Shown: positions 12,878 to 24,755 of the stretch, piece after piece
Layout: each line of letters begins with the position of its first letter
How positions within the stretch are numbered: the stretch's first letter is position 1
Source: Octopus sinensis
Lineage: Eukaryota
Length of the DNA stretch: 64,000 nt
Direction: 5' to 3'
Assembly (NCBI RefSeq): GCF_006345805.1
Contig: NC_043001.1
Span: forward strand, 110,112,001-110,176,000
Made by a program: the position numbers and the translations under genes
Notes under the pieces: model-generated
Told to the model about the DNA's origin: nothing
Databases searched by the model: none
What the model saw: the letters and a program-made list of their open reading frames with translations, nothing else

Positions 12878-13270
12878 ATCCTTTTACACGATTGAGACAT
12901 TTGACTGCGGCCATGTTGTAGCACCGCCTTTAGTTGAGCAAATCGACACCAAAGCTTATTCTTCGCAAGCCTAGTACTTATTCTATCGGTCTGTTTTGCC
13001 AAACCGCTAAGTTGCGGGAATATAAACACACCTTCATCGGATGTCAAGCGATGGTGAGGCGGACAAACACACTCACACAAACATATCCATATACATACAT
13101 ACATATATCAATATATATAGGACGGGCTTCTTTCAGTTTCCGTCTACCAAATCTCACTTAGAAGACTTTGGCCGGCCCGAGGCAATTTTAGAAGACACTT
13201 GCCCAAGGTACCACACCGTGGGACTGAACTCGGAACCATGTGGTTAATAAGCAAGCTACAGAGCCACTCC
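12878..13270 (-). mobile_element. SINE family A, full length
   Basis: ttgactgcggccatg...aagcctagtacttattctatcgg...ttgcccaaggtaccac...agccactcc. Confidence 0.9.
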
Positions 13271-13346
13271 GTATACGTATACCGATCGAAGCTAACAAGT
13301 AGATAATTAGCAATTAAGCCATACGTCAAACTAATTACTATGCCTC

Positions 13347-13383
<37 letters not shown>

Positions 13384-13532
13384 AAACACACACTCACTCA
13401 AACACACACACACACACACACACAGAAGCACACAATGTGTTGTAAAAAGTATGTTTCTAGGTGTATCGTAAATGTGGGAACGGAAATTCCACCTGATGAT
13501 CTGCCATTCCTCTGTGAGGTGTGTCACTGGGT

Positions 13533-13630
13533 CTGTGAGTGGATTTGGTCGACGGAAACTGAAAGAAGCCCGTCGTATATAGAAATATGTGTGTGTGTAT
13601 GTAAATTTGTGCATGTCTGTGTTTGACAAG
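13533..13630 (+). mobile_element. SINE family A fragment
   Basis: gtgagtggatttggtcgacggaaactgaaagaagcccgtcg. Confidence 0.8.
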
Positions 13631-13632
13631 CG

Positions 13633-14257
13633 AAAGAGAGGGCAAGGGAGAGAAATTGAGAAGGAGAGGGCGAGGGAGAGAGAATTAGAAAGAGAGGCCG
13701 GGTAAGAGAGAAGTAGACGGAGCGAGCGAGGAAGGGCGAATTAGAAGGAGAGGGAGAGGGAGAGAGAAATAGAAGAGGGTGAGAGAGAGAGAGACAATTC
13801 GAAAGAGAGGGCGAGGGGGGAGAATTAGAAAGAGAGGACGGGGAAGAGAGAAGTAGTCGGAGCGAGCAAGGAAGGGCGAATTAGAAAGAGAGGGAGAGGG
13901 AGAGAGAATTAGAAGAGGGTGAGAGAGAGAGAGAGAGAAACAATTCGAAAGAGAGGGCGAGCGAGAGAGAATTCGAAAGAGAGGACGATCGAGAGAGAAT
14001 CAGAAGGCGAGGGCGAGAGAGAGAGAGAGAATTCGAAAGAGAAGACGAGGGAGAGGAATTCGAAAGAGAGGGCGAGGGAGAGAGAATTAGAAGGAGAGGA
14101 GGAGGGAGAGAGAATTCGAAAGAGAAGACGAGGGAGAGGAATTCGAAAGAGAGGGTGAGGGAGAGAGAATTAGAAGGAGAGGAGTAGGGAGAGAGAATTC
14201 GAAAGAGAGGGCGATGGATGAAGCAGAGAGAAAGCAGAGAGAGAGAGAGAGTGAATG
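13633..14257 (+). repeat. Purine-rich minisatellite (GAGAGAATTCGAAAGAGAGGGCGAGG-like units) with a ~140-bp higher-order duplication
   Basis: Recurrent gaatt(c/a)gaa core about every 30 nt; 13679-13815 closely matches 13820-13960. Confidence 0.85.
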
Positions 14258-14611
14258 AGTGAGAGAAGGGTAATGTGTCTGGCTGTAAGTATCTGTTGGA
14301 GGAAATTCTATTTTTCTAAGGTGGATAAACTAAAACCGTTGCATTTTAATAACAGTAATGTGCAAATTAGCGGGTCTTTGTTATCTTAGCTACTCCTGAT
14401 ATTTGAGAGCTGTCAATAAGAAACACACTTGATTACCTACTCCAGATGTAGACTTCGAACACAAATATGTGTGTGCCTGTGTGTGCATCTGTATGTATAT
14501 CTGTGTGTGTGTGTGCATATATATATATGCAGCTGAATGTTTTACACATGCCCATGCACGCACTGATGCATGTATATATGAATGTATGTATGTATGTATG
14601 TATGTATATAT

Positions 14612-15230
14612 GTACGCCATTGCCTAGTTTTATATCAAGATTTCTTGTCAATAGAGAAAGAGCCGGTTTCTAACCTAGATCCAAGGCTACTTCATTGGAA
14701 CTTCAATATCAACAACAGTGTATGTATGTTTGTATGTATGTGTGAATGTATGCGTGTATGTGTGTATGCATGTTTGTATGTATGTGTGTATGTATGTATG
14801 TATGTATGTATGTATGTATGTATGTCACTTCTCAGCTTTATTTCAAGATTTATTGCCAATAGAAAAAGAATCGGTTTCTAACCAAGATACAAGGCTCCTT
14901 CATTGGAATTTCAACATCAACAACAGCGTAATTTTGTAGGTATGGATGTATATGTGCAGATTTGTATGTTTTACTTTATGTATGTATTCTCATGCATATA
15001 GTTGTATATCTAGACATGTATATAAGTATGCATATATGTCACTTTTCAGTTTTATTGCAAGAGTTTTTGCCAATGGAGAAAGAGCCGGTTTCTAACCTAG
15101 ATTCAAGGGTGTTTCGTTATAATTTCAACAACATCAACAAGGCATTTTTGAATATATGTTTACGTGCAGGTTTGTATGCTTTGCTATATGTATGCATTCT
15201 CATGCTTATAGCTGCCTATTAAGACATGCT
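14612..15230 (+). repeat. Tandem trimer of a ~210-216-bp unit with (GTAT)n spacers
   Basis: ggtttctaacc(t/a)agat...aacatcaacaa block starts near 14612, 14822 and 15038. Confidence 0.85.
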
Positions 15231-15294
15231 GATCATATATATTTAGCTGATAAATTTCTGGAAAGTTCTACAGATTTTACAGATGTATGTATGT

Positions 15295-15412
15295 ACTTGT
15301 GCCGAACCGCTAATGTACGGGGACGTGAACAAACCAACATCGGTCGTCAAGCGATGGTGGGGGGACAAACAGACTCACACCACACACACACACACATACA
15401 CACATATATATG

Positions 15413-15464
<52 letters not shown>

Positions 15465-15832
15465 GCAATAATAATAATAATAATATGAGGGAATATTATT
15501 CCAAACTTACAGGAAAAAATTCAATTTAGAAATACTAAATCAAATTTCACAAAATATAATATATTATATGTTTTATCTCATATTTAATCTTTCTAAATAG
15601 TATAATTTAATTTTTCATTATTGAATTGATAAAAAGTGGGTTATTTTCTAATTTATATATATACATATATACGACGGGCTTCTTTCAATTTCCGTCTACC
15701 ATATCCACTCACAAGGCTTTGGTCGGCACGAGGCTATATAGTAGATGACATTTTCCAAGGTGCTACGCAGCGGGACTGAACCCGGAACCATGCGGTTCGT
15801 ATGCAAGCTATTTACCACACAGCCACTCCTGC
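15295..15832 (-). mobile_element. SINE family A interrupted in its internal microsatellite
   Basis: Body 15295-15400 and head 15660-15832, separated by (AAT)n plus a family-G-like leader. Confidence 0.8.
15484..15655 (+). mobile_element. Diverged family-G (leader plus fold-back) relative
   Basis: gagggaatattattccaaacttacaggaaaaaattcaatttag resembles the leader at 29752, 38100 and 48659. Confidence 0.55.
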
Positions 15833-16606
15833 TAGACAAGTTGCTTTAAGATAGGGAAATAAGGGCATATGAAAACGCATTGATTTATGCATCTTTCAAA
15901 CTCTCTAAAGTATTTCGCTTATTCAAACACGGAAAACAAAATCGGAGAGAAAATGTATTCTTGATGGAAGGAGATAGAAAAACACACAGGAAGTGAAAAT
16001 ATTGTTATGAAGATAATGAAAAAGGGAGCGACCGAGCGATAGAGAGAGGGAGAGAGAGAGAGATGATGATGGTGATGATGATGTTCATGACGGCAATTTG
16101 TTTACATTTTTATCACCAGGAAATGCTATCTTTAAGAACAATATTTAGACAAAATGAGATATATGTTGTCGAAAATGTGAGGTCGTTTAAAGTTGGGGCA
16201 ATTTTCGTTTAAGTAATTTTTAACTATTTCATATGGGCAACAGAAGCTTAGAAATCTTATATCTGCTCCCATTGAAGTGGAGGAGGGTAAAGTTCGTTGA
16301 AACAGGGTCGGGGTCCTCTGTTCAAAACGTCAATTCACGTTGACTTACAATAAGATTTTTAAAAATAATAACGATTACGAGGACGGCTAATATGTCTGTG
16401 ATTGTGTGTGTGTATGTGTGTGAGCTTGTGTGTGTCTGTGTATGCATGTGTTTGTCCATTTGTGTGTGTGTGCATTTGTTTGTGTGTATATGTGTGTGTT
16501 TGTGTGTGTGTATGTGTTTGTATGTGTGTGTATGTGTGCGTGTGTGTTTGAGTATGTAGGTGTGTGTGTGTGCGTGTATGCATCTCCAACTAGCAGGCCA
16601 TGCTAC

Positions 16607-16649
16607 TCCAGATTGATGACGAGCAATGACTCAGAAACTAGTCTCTGGA
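16607..16649 (+). ncRNA. Minimal type-I hammerhead ribozyme-like motif
   Basis: TCCAGA-TTGATGA-C-GAG-CAATGA-CTC-A-GAAAC-TA-GTC-TCTGGA: 6-bp stem I, palindromic ACTAGT stem III, GUC triplet. Confidence 0.6.
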
Positions 16650-16782
16650 TGCAGGCTTAGATGGGTGGAGGTGCTTGTCTTCCCCTTGTAAACATAAGGA
16701 CAGAGGAAATGTGTTAAGGCCGACAGGAAGCGTTGATGGTTCCTAGGGCATATATATATATATTTATGCATGTGTGTCTGTA

Positions 16783-16825
<43 letters not shown>

Positions 16826-16952
16826 CCGTATCAAGCAAAAGCCGCACCCATTTTGTGAAATCTCTTCCCAAATGTTAGTACTTTTCAACTATGAATATTT
16901 GTACGCATCTCTCTACTAGCTTCTTTATTTCTCTTCTCATCTGTTTATTTCG

Positions 16953-16990
16953 TTATGCTGATGACTGACAAACCTCAGAAACGTTCAAGA
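16953..16990 (+). ncRNA. Minimal hammerhead-like motif (Penelope-type)
   Basis: ttatg-CTGATGA-c-tga-caaacc-tca-GAAAC-GTT-caaga; stem I imperfect. Confidence 0.45.
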
Positions 16991-17137
16991 TTTTCCTCTT
17001 TTATTTAGTGTGTTTACCTGATATCTTATTTGTCAAAAGTATCCCCTTCCATTGTCATCTTATTTCTTCAACTTTCTTAAAAGGTTCTTTTCTCAATCTT
17101 GACTTGATGAGAAAAAATTTCTCTCCTCATATATGCA

Positions 17138-17524
17138 TTCTTTTATTCTATTCTTTTATTCTTTTACTTGTTTCAGTCATTTGAGTGCGGCCATGCTGGA
17201 GCACCGCCTTTAGTCGAGCAAATCGACCCCGGGACTTATTCTTTGTAAGCCCAGTACTTATTCTATCGGTGTGTTTTGCCGAACCGCTAGGTGACGGGGA
17301 CTTAAACACACCAGCGTCGGTTGTCAAGCAATGTTAGGGGGACAGACACACAAACACACACACACACACATATATATATATACGACAGGCTTCTTTCAGT
17401 TTCCGTCTACCAAATCCACTCACAAGGCTATAGCAGAAGACACTTGCCCAAGATGCCACGCAGTGGGACTGAACCCGGAATTATGTGGTTGGTTACCAAG
17501 CTACTTACCACACAGCTACTCCTG
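17138..17524 (-). mobile_element. SINE family A, near full length (small internal deletion)
   Basis: (ttctttta)n tail, gcggccatgctggagcaccgcc, head acttaccacacagctactcc. Confidence 0.95.
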
Positions 17525-17530
17525 ATATAT

Positions 17531-17587
<57 letters not shown>

Positions 17588-17632
17588 TATATAGATAGAT
17601 AATAATAGATAGATAGATAGATAGATATATAG

Positions 17633-17663
<31 letters not shown>

Positions 17664-18260
17664 GACATCTCTCTCTCGCTCTCGCTATCATTGCCGACAT
17701 TTCTAAGAGCTTTAACAATCCTAACTTCTTACTTTGTGAACAAAAGCTAGGACCACATTCCCCAAGTAGTCCTCTTTTATGGTGGACGGGTAGAAATCAA
17801 AATAAATTTTGCTTTTATTTCTAGCAAGTAAAATATTTCGATATTGGATTCCCCGTCTTTCTTGATCTGACAGGTATCAACATTCGGCGTGTATATTTTG
17901 ACATTAAAAAACCAGAAGAACAGTAAAATGTGTAATTTTATAAGCCGCTCTCGGTGTCTATATCTGTCAAAATGTCACGAGCTCATTGCGATTTAATAGC
18001 TTTCAATTAATATCATCCACCAATTAGTATGTATTGAAAAGAACGCGTTCGTAGACGATAGAGTGTAAATGTATATATATATGTATATATATATATATAT
18101 ATATAATATATATATTTATTATTTTATATATATATATATAAATACGTAATATATGTATGTGTATGTATGTAATATATATATGTATGTATATATATGTTTA
18201 TTATATATATTTATAGATACACATAACTATATATATATATACATATTAGACTCTCTCTCG

Positions 18261-18329
<69 letters not shown>

Positions 18330-18787
18330 CATACAACATAACATGAGCAACACACACAGACACACACATATATAAATATATCATGGCTATGTTGAAAAAT
18401 GTAAGTGCGTATATACTTACATATATTTAAGTATATATATATATACATATATATTCATATATATATGTAAATACATATATATATACATACATATATATAT
18501 ATATATACATATATATACATACATATATATATATACATACATATATACATATATATATACATACATATATATATACACATATATATATACATACATATAT
18601 ATATATACATACATATATATATATACATACATATATATATACATACATATATATATACATACATACATATATATATATACATACATATATATATACATAC
18701 ATATATATATACATACATATATATATATTCATATATATATATATATATGCATATATATATGTATAGATAGATAGATAGATAGATAGT

Positions 18788-18887
<100 letters not shown>

Positions 18888-19321
18888 TAACCCTCTGTGT
18901 ATACATAAATACCGAAAGAGGACAAGTATACATGCAGATTATGCAAGCTCATCACATCGTTCGAAGAAACTACATTCTATAGCAGTTCTTTGGCATTAAT
19001 TTGATTGTCCGTTCTACGCTCTTAGATGTTGCTTAGCTCACAAACATGCCTGATTAACCATATCTATATTCAAAGTCATTCCGAGCATAACTACTCTGCT
19101 GCGCTTCTGTCATCATTTTACTTGCTCTACATTGACCGATTACCCGTTAATTCTTGTGGGATTTTAAGACAAATTTGCGGTTAAATATAGCAGGTATTAT
19201 CCCTAAATTATTTGTTGCTGTGTAACCATAGCATTGACTTTCCGTGTCTTCCTTCTGCTTTGCCTAAAAATCCAGTGTCTTGCGCAGCTTGCTTGGTTCA
19301 TATACTTTTGTTGGGTTTCAT

Positions 19322-19461
19322 TAAGGCAGTGAATTAGCAGAACCGTTTGCGGCATTTCGTCTGACTTTATGCTCCGATTCCAAATGCGCCAAAGTCGACT
19401 TTGCTTTTGATCCCTTCGGGTCCCATAAAATAAGTACCAGCTGAGTAATGGAATCAATATA
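19322..19461 (+). mobile_element. SINE family B, old copy
   Basis: aaggcagtgaattagcagaa...gtcgactttgcttttgatcccttcggg...aataagtaccag. Confidence 0.7.
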
Positions 19462-19693
19462 TGTTTCTTTATTACCAACAAGGGGCTAAACATAGAGGAG
19501 ACAAACAAGGACAGACAAAGGAATTATGTCGATTACATCGACCCTAGTGCGTAACTGGTACTTTATTTATCGACTCCGAAAGGATGAAAGGCAAAGTCGA
19601 CCTCGGCGGAATTTGAACTCAGAACGTAACGGCAGACGAAATACGGCTACGCATTTCGCCTGGCGTGCTAACGGTTTTGCCAGCTCGCCGCCT
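19462..19693 (-). mobile_element. SINE family B (tail B1), young copy with 16-bp TSD
   Basis: TAATGGAATCAATATA at 19446-19461 and 19694-19709 flanks the copy. Confidence 0.95.
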
Positions 19694-20523
19694 TAATGGA
19701 ATCAATATAATGAGCTTACCTTCTCTTTCCGTACTAAAAAATTTTGAACTAATATATCTCTACGAATATTGAAATTTATTATTAAAGGCTCCAGATATAG
19801 TCCCTAAACAAATCGTGAGGTTAACATCTTTTTTATCGTTTGAAGCTAACACTTGGTGCTACACATGAGTCCGTTTGATATTTACTAATCCCGTTGTGGT
19901 TTTGATATCAGTAATGGTTTCGGTTTTCAAATATCATTCCAAATTGAATCTTTCCAGTTTTGATTGTCCCATATCTTGTGTTCGTTTTATTGGACTACAG
20001 TATGTGTTGTGTGTTTCATATTTTGTAATACATTGTACGGTTTCAGAAAGATATTAGCTGCAATCTCTAGCAAATTAAGCAACAGAATAGAGGTTTCCAT
20101 CTTGGCTTATCCTTCAGTCTGTTGAACGAACAGACAATGCTATCATAAGGAGACTGTAGAACCAGGAAGCCTCTTCAACAGCAGCAGTAGCCGTTCAAGA
20201 ATTTGGACCTGGAGACCTCCGTTTCCAGCGACTTCGAGGGCCGCCTCCCAGGGGTGTCGAGCGTCAATGAAGAGCCCTCGACTACAACAAGACGACCAAA
20301 GTTTTTTTAATTTCCAATGTCTGGGGTCTCCCGCACTTAATCCCAAGACCATCACCTTATCACTCTTACCCTCTTGTTGCTTAACAACAACAACAGCAGC
20401 AGCATTAAATAATATAAATTACTTCAAGCTTCTTTAAAAACAGTACATTGTTGAATATAACTGGAAACATTCGTCAGAGAAAAAAGAGGCCGGGTGTTCC
20501 CCGTTTGAAATCCTTTATCATAG

Positions 20524-21564
20524 ATCTGTTCGGACGGGAATGACCTAGGGCTAGAAAGGTAAGAAAACCCACTTGGTAGCACAAATCAACGACATATGGC
20601 ACAAAGGTGACAAAACATGTGAGACGAGGATATGTAAATAAATTTCAGTGGATGTTTTATTCTATGAAAGTATATTTAATAAAGTAGCAATTACGTTAGA
20701 CACCTAACACTATTTATGTTGAAATTCTAAGCTGTCTTTCTTTTCTTTTCTTTATGTAGCACATTCCCTGCATTCTCGCTTTTGTTCTATGAAGTATACA
20801 TACACCAAGAGAGTAATAGCACCTAGTTTCGCTGGAATTTTTGCTGAGGACTGTTTAGTTCAATTGCCGAATTCCTGACCTTATTTCCGGGTTAATGTTT
20901 GTCCTATTAGATAATGTATTTTGTATAACTACTTCAGGTAAACGAATCACTTCCAGCTGACAAAGAAAACGACAGGTGGTGAATGACAAATAATACTGAT
21001 AATGATAGAGTATACGATCATGATGTTGGTGGTTATGGCTAGGATTATAAATATTCATAAGTGCACAAGTATTTCGAGAAATTTATCCATCTGTTAAATC
21101 GATCCAAATATAATTACTGGTATATAATTTGCGGACCGCCGTATCAAATAAATTTGCTTAGAAATGAAACAAGGTTATGAAGGCAATATTTCAGAATAGT
21201 TTTGAAAAGAAACAATTATGACAATAGCAAATGCACGGAATGTCTGTTTTGCCTTGTTACAGTTGCATTCATATGTTGTCATATAAATATATCAAATTGT
21301 TTAGAATGGTTACTATGATAAAAGAAAACAAAAACACACAAAAAAAAAAGAGAGAGAAAGATAAAGAAAGATAAAGAAAAGTATTACATGCACATAGAAA
21401 CAATTTTTAATGGTTTATGGGTATTAGCATTTCTCTTTTACTTTCAGATTTTACTACCTGGTGAAATGACATTATCTACAATTACTGATGATCAACTTTT
21501 ACATACAACTCGCACAAGACACTGGAGCACAGCAAAATCTGCTTTCTTGACAAAGAACTGTTGA
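20524..21564 (+). CDS. Candidate 3-exon chain (20524-20558, 20760-20793, 21448-21564), product unknown
   Basis: AAG|gtaaga donor, long pyrimidine tract+tag and ttttactttcag acceptors; phases join to ICSDGNDLGLESTFPAFSLLFYE-ILLPGEMTLSTITDDQLLHTTRTRHWSTAKSAFLTKNC*; second donor (gtatac) weak. Confidence 0.25.
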
Positions 21565-21646
21565 TCGCTTATTTGCTATGAAATTTTTTCTGCATTGACA
21601 TTATTTTGAATGAACACTTTTAAATAATTTCGTATTCTCTTTCTCT

Positions 21647-21693
<47 letters not shown>

Positions 21694-22645
21694 CACACAC
21701 ACACACACACATGTATTTTGCCATGATGGACCTCTGAAATCTACAAGATTTTGCTTCTCTCTCTCTCTCTCTGTTTATTTTCGGCCACTGTTTTTCTAGA
21801 GAGGGCAACTAGTACACTAACACTCGAAATCGAGTTGAGTTGTCAATTTACGGAGTTAAATTCACACCATAGCAACAACATCTTCATGTGAGACGCTGAA
21901 TTATGGTCCATTCGGCAGTTAGACATCATGTAATAGATTATCATAGATCCTTCTGGAACGTCCATGTACGATGGTTATAGTAGGCATGTTTTTAGTGCCA
22001 ACATCGCAGAGTGTCGTACACTTAAGGGTGAAACATTGCCTCCATTCTTACGACGCTTTCTTGCACATGGATCAGCCGATTCATTGACTCGTAGCTTTAA
22101 ACATTAGTTTCTATGTTTATGACTCAATCTAGCAGATAGTAGCCATAGTTCCATGTCATAAACCTAGGTTGTATATTTTTTTTCCTAACTTGGCAGCTTA
22201 ATTATAGAGCCTGTTTAATCAGCTATTCGTGAAAGCCACACAATTATTCCTTCCAGTGTATCGAGGTTGCTGATGCAAGTTCTAAATTATAAACAATATG
22301 AAAATTTACTTCTTTGGTATAATAAAAAATACTATTAATTGTTAGCGTTGTTTTTTCATCATCATTTGCACACCGCCTCATACAAATTTCCTTGCGACAT
22401 AGACACACGTATGAAATGACGGAGAAGAAAACACTCGCATGCTATATATGATTATGGAATATAGCATTTACTAAATATAAAGGTTTCCTAAGAAAGGGAT
22501 TTGTGATAAACACGAAAACTTACGGATTCCAAACAATGTAAACTTGGAAACATTGTGAGTTCTTAGGTTCGTCAAAAGATTCTAATACGCCTGAATAGAA
22601 CTGCTGTTTAATAATGGAACGGGTATTGCAATATTGTGCTCTAAT

Positions 22646-22897
22646 TAAGGCGGTGGGCTGGCAGAAACGTTAGCATGCCGGGCGAAATGCTTAGCGGTAT
22701 TTCGTCTGAGTTCAAATTCCGCCGAGGTCGACTTTGTCTTTCATCCTTTCGGGGTCGATTAAATAGGTACCAGTTACGCACTGGGGTCGATATAATCGAC
22801 TTAATCCGTTTGTCTGTATTTATTTGTCCTTTCTGTGTGTAGCCCCTTGTGGGTAGTAAAGAAATAAGTATTACCGTCTGTCGTTACGTTCTGAGTT
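22646..22897 (+). mobile_element. SINE family B (tail B1) plus start of a second unit
   Basis: aaggcggtgggctggcagaaacgttagc head; after gtaaagaaata the sequence restarts at agtattaccgtctgtcgttacgttctgag. Confidence 0.9.
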
Positions 22898-22914
22898 TTC
22901 ATACAAGTGCAAAA

Positions 22915-22978
22915 GGAGCACTACGTCGGTTACGATGACGAAGATCCCAGCTCATACGATCAAGAGAACAGCTGACAA
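22915..22978 (-). mobile_element. Isolated tail-X fragment
   Basis: gagcactacgtcggttacgatgacga resembles tails at 57736 and 58538. Confidence 0.6.
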
Positions 22979-23019
22979 ATAAATACGCATTCACATACAT
23001 ACATACATAAATACATATA

Positions 23020-23165
23020 TTCTTTTATTCTTTTATTCTTTTACTTGCTTCAGTCATTTGACTGCGGCCATGCTGGAGCACCGCCTTTAGTGGAATCAAA
23101 TCGACCCCATGACTTATTCTTTGTAAGCCTAGTACTTATTCTATCGGTCTCTTTTGCCGAACCGC

Positions 23166-23166
<1 letters not shown>
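23020..23166 (-). mobile_element. SINE family A, 3' part
   Basis: (ttctttta)n tail, gactgcggccatgctggagcaccgcc, gccgaaccgc. Confidence 0.9.
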
Positions 23167-23235
<69 letters not shown>

Positions 23236-23307
23236 CATGAGCGTCCAATAAGACTATACTTGTTCCCCATCCTCGCGTTGTTGTGTTTTCTCTTTGTTCA
23301 TGTTTGG

Positions 23308-23527
23308 ATTTATCTGTAAATATAATATGTGAGAAAATTATTTGATAGTCATGATAAAACTCCGAGTTCGGATGTCGGGGCAGAAACCCACGCCGCCATC
23401 TCTTCAGTTCTCAGTTCATCGAAAAAATGCCGAAAAAAGGCGGCGTGGGTTTCCGCCCTGACATCCGAAACTCGGAGTTTTATCATGGCTACCGAATAAT
23501 TGCTATATATTATATTTACAGATAAAT
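23308..23527. mobile_element. Fold-back MITE-like element, ~90-bp arms
   Basis: 23308-23397 and 23439-23527 are reverse complements; 41-nt spacer. Confidence 0.8.
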
Positions 23528-24239
23528 TCCTCTATTTACATAATATCGAGGTATCTTTCATTGTTTTGTTGTCTTACTATTTCTATTAATATATATATAT
23601 ATATATTATTGTGTGTGTATGTACGTGTGTGCGAGTGTGTGTATTTTCGTGTATATAAATCAAAGTGAATATTGTTCGCGCTACAGGTTGTAGACTGCGT
23701 ATGCACATATATATTTAATTAGACAGAAATCAGATTTTCAAGCAGTTACTTTTCTTTACATGACATTAGTTGATGGCTTTGTCAGTCTCAGTCTTTTTTT
23801 AGGTCAATCCGTGTGTATGTGTTTATGTGTGTGTATGAACCTATTTCGTGTGTATGTGAGTGTATGTATATCTATGCGTGTGTAAATTCAAAGAAACAGA
23901 TAGAGATTGAAAGTATTAGGCCAACACTTACAAATACGAGAATCATTTTAATAGTTGACCTTAGTTGACCTTTAGTCTGAAAGAACATGGATTTGCGCTT
24001 CGTTGCTTTCATTCCCAGCTACCTAGACATATTCCTTGATCTATATCCAATTTTTAAGTGGGTTCGACTATCATACACGCTGAACCAAGTCTAGGTGTCG
24101 GCGTATATTACTTAATTGTAAATAGGTTTCTACAATAGTTGACCTTTCGATTTTACTTCTCTTTCAATAACGCGTCTGGCCTACCTCTGATAACTGGCCG
24201 TTATACATAGAATATATACTCAAATGACAAATACATATA

Positions 24240-24490
24240 GGCGCAGGAGTGGCTGTGTGGTACGTAGCTTGCTTACCAACCACATGGTTCCGGGTTCAGT
24301 CCCACTGTGTGGCGCCTTGGGCAACTGTCTTCTACTATAGCTTCGGGCCGACCAAAGCCTTGTGAGTGGATATGGTTGATGGAAACTGAAAGAAGCCCGT
24401 CGTATACACACACACACACACACTTATATATATATATAACGGTGTGTGTGTGTACGTGTGTGTATGTATGTGTGTGTATGTGTGTGTGTG
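24240..24490 (+). mobile_element. SINE family A, head and microsatellite only
   Basis: ggcgcaggagtggctgtgtggt...gaaagaagcccgtcg, then CA/TA/TG tract. Confidence 0.9.
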
Positions 24491-24641
24491 TAACAAAAAG
24501 TACATGTAACAAAAACATCTTTAAATGATTATTATGGAGCATATTCACCATCTACTTCAATTACTGCTTTCCATCTGCATGCGGACGGTCAGACCGTCAT
24601 TTAAATATTTTTTTGTTAAATACTCTTTTTTTTTTATGAGA

Positions 24642-24755
24642 AAAAGCCGCAATAATTATGCACCAACCCAACATACATACACATGCGCCATCCTACCATC
24701 ACATATATAAACAAATATATTATACACAAATATGATATAATGTAGAAATTGTTAC
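24642..24755 (-). mobile_element. Mariner-like TIR end plus flank (copy 1)
   Basis: Reverse complement tgggttggtgcataattattgcggc resembles the Hsmar1-type TIR (from recall); TIR and flank repeat at 25745-25843. Confidence 0.6.

Noticed and set aside
13435-13626. EIPPDDLPFLCEVCH zinc-finger-like peptide
   Set aside because: Only one CxxC, runs straight into SINE sequence, no splice support
13633-14257. Regular ~30-nt repeats suggesting a CRISPR-like array
   Set aside because: No unique spacers, degenerate units, eukaryotic context, no cas genes
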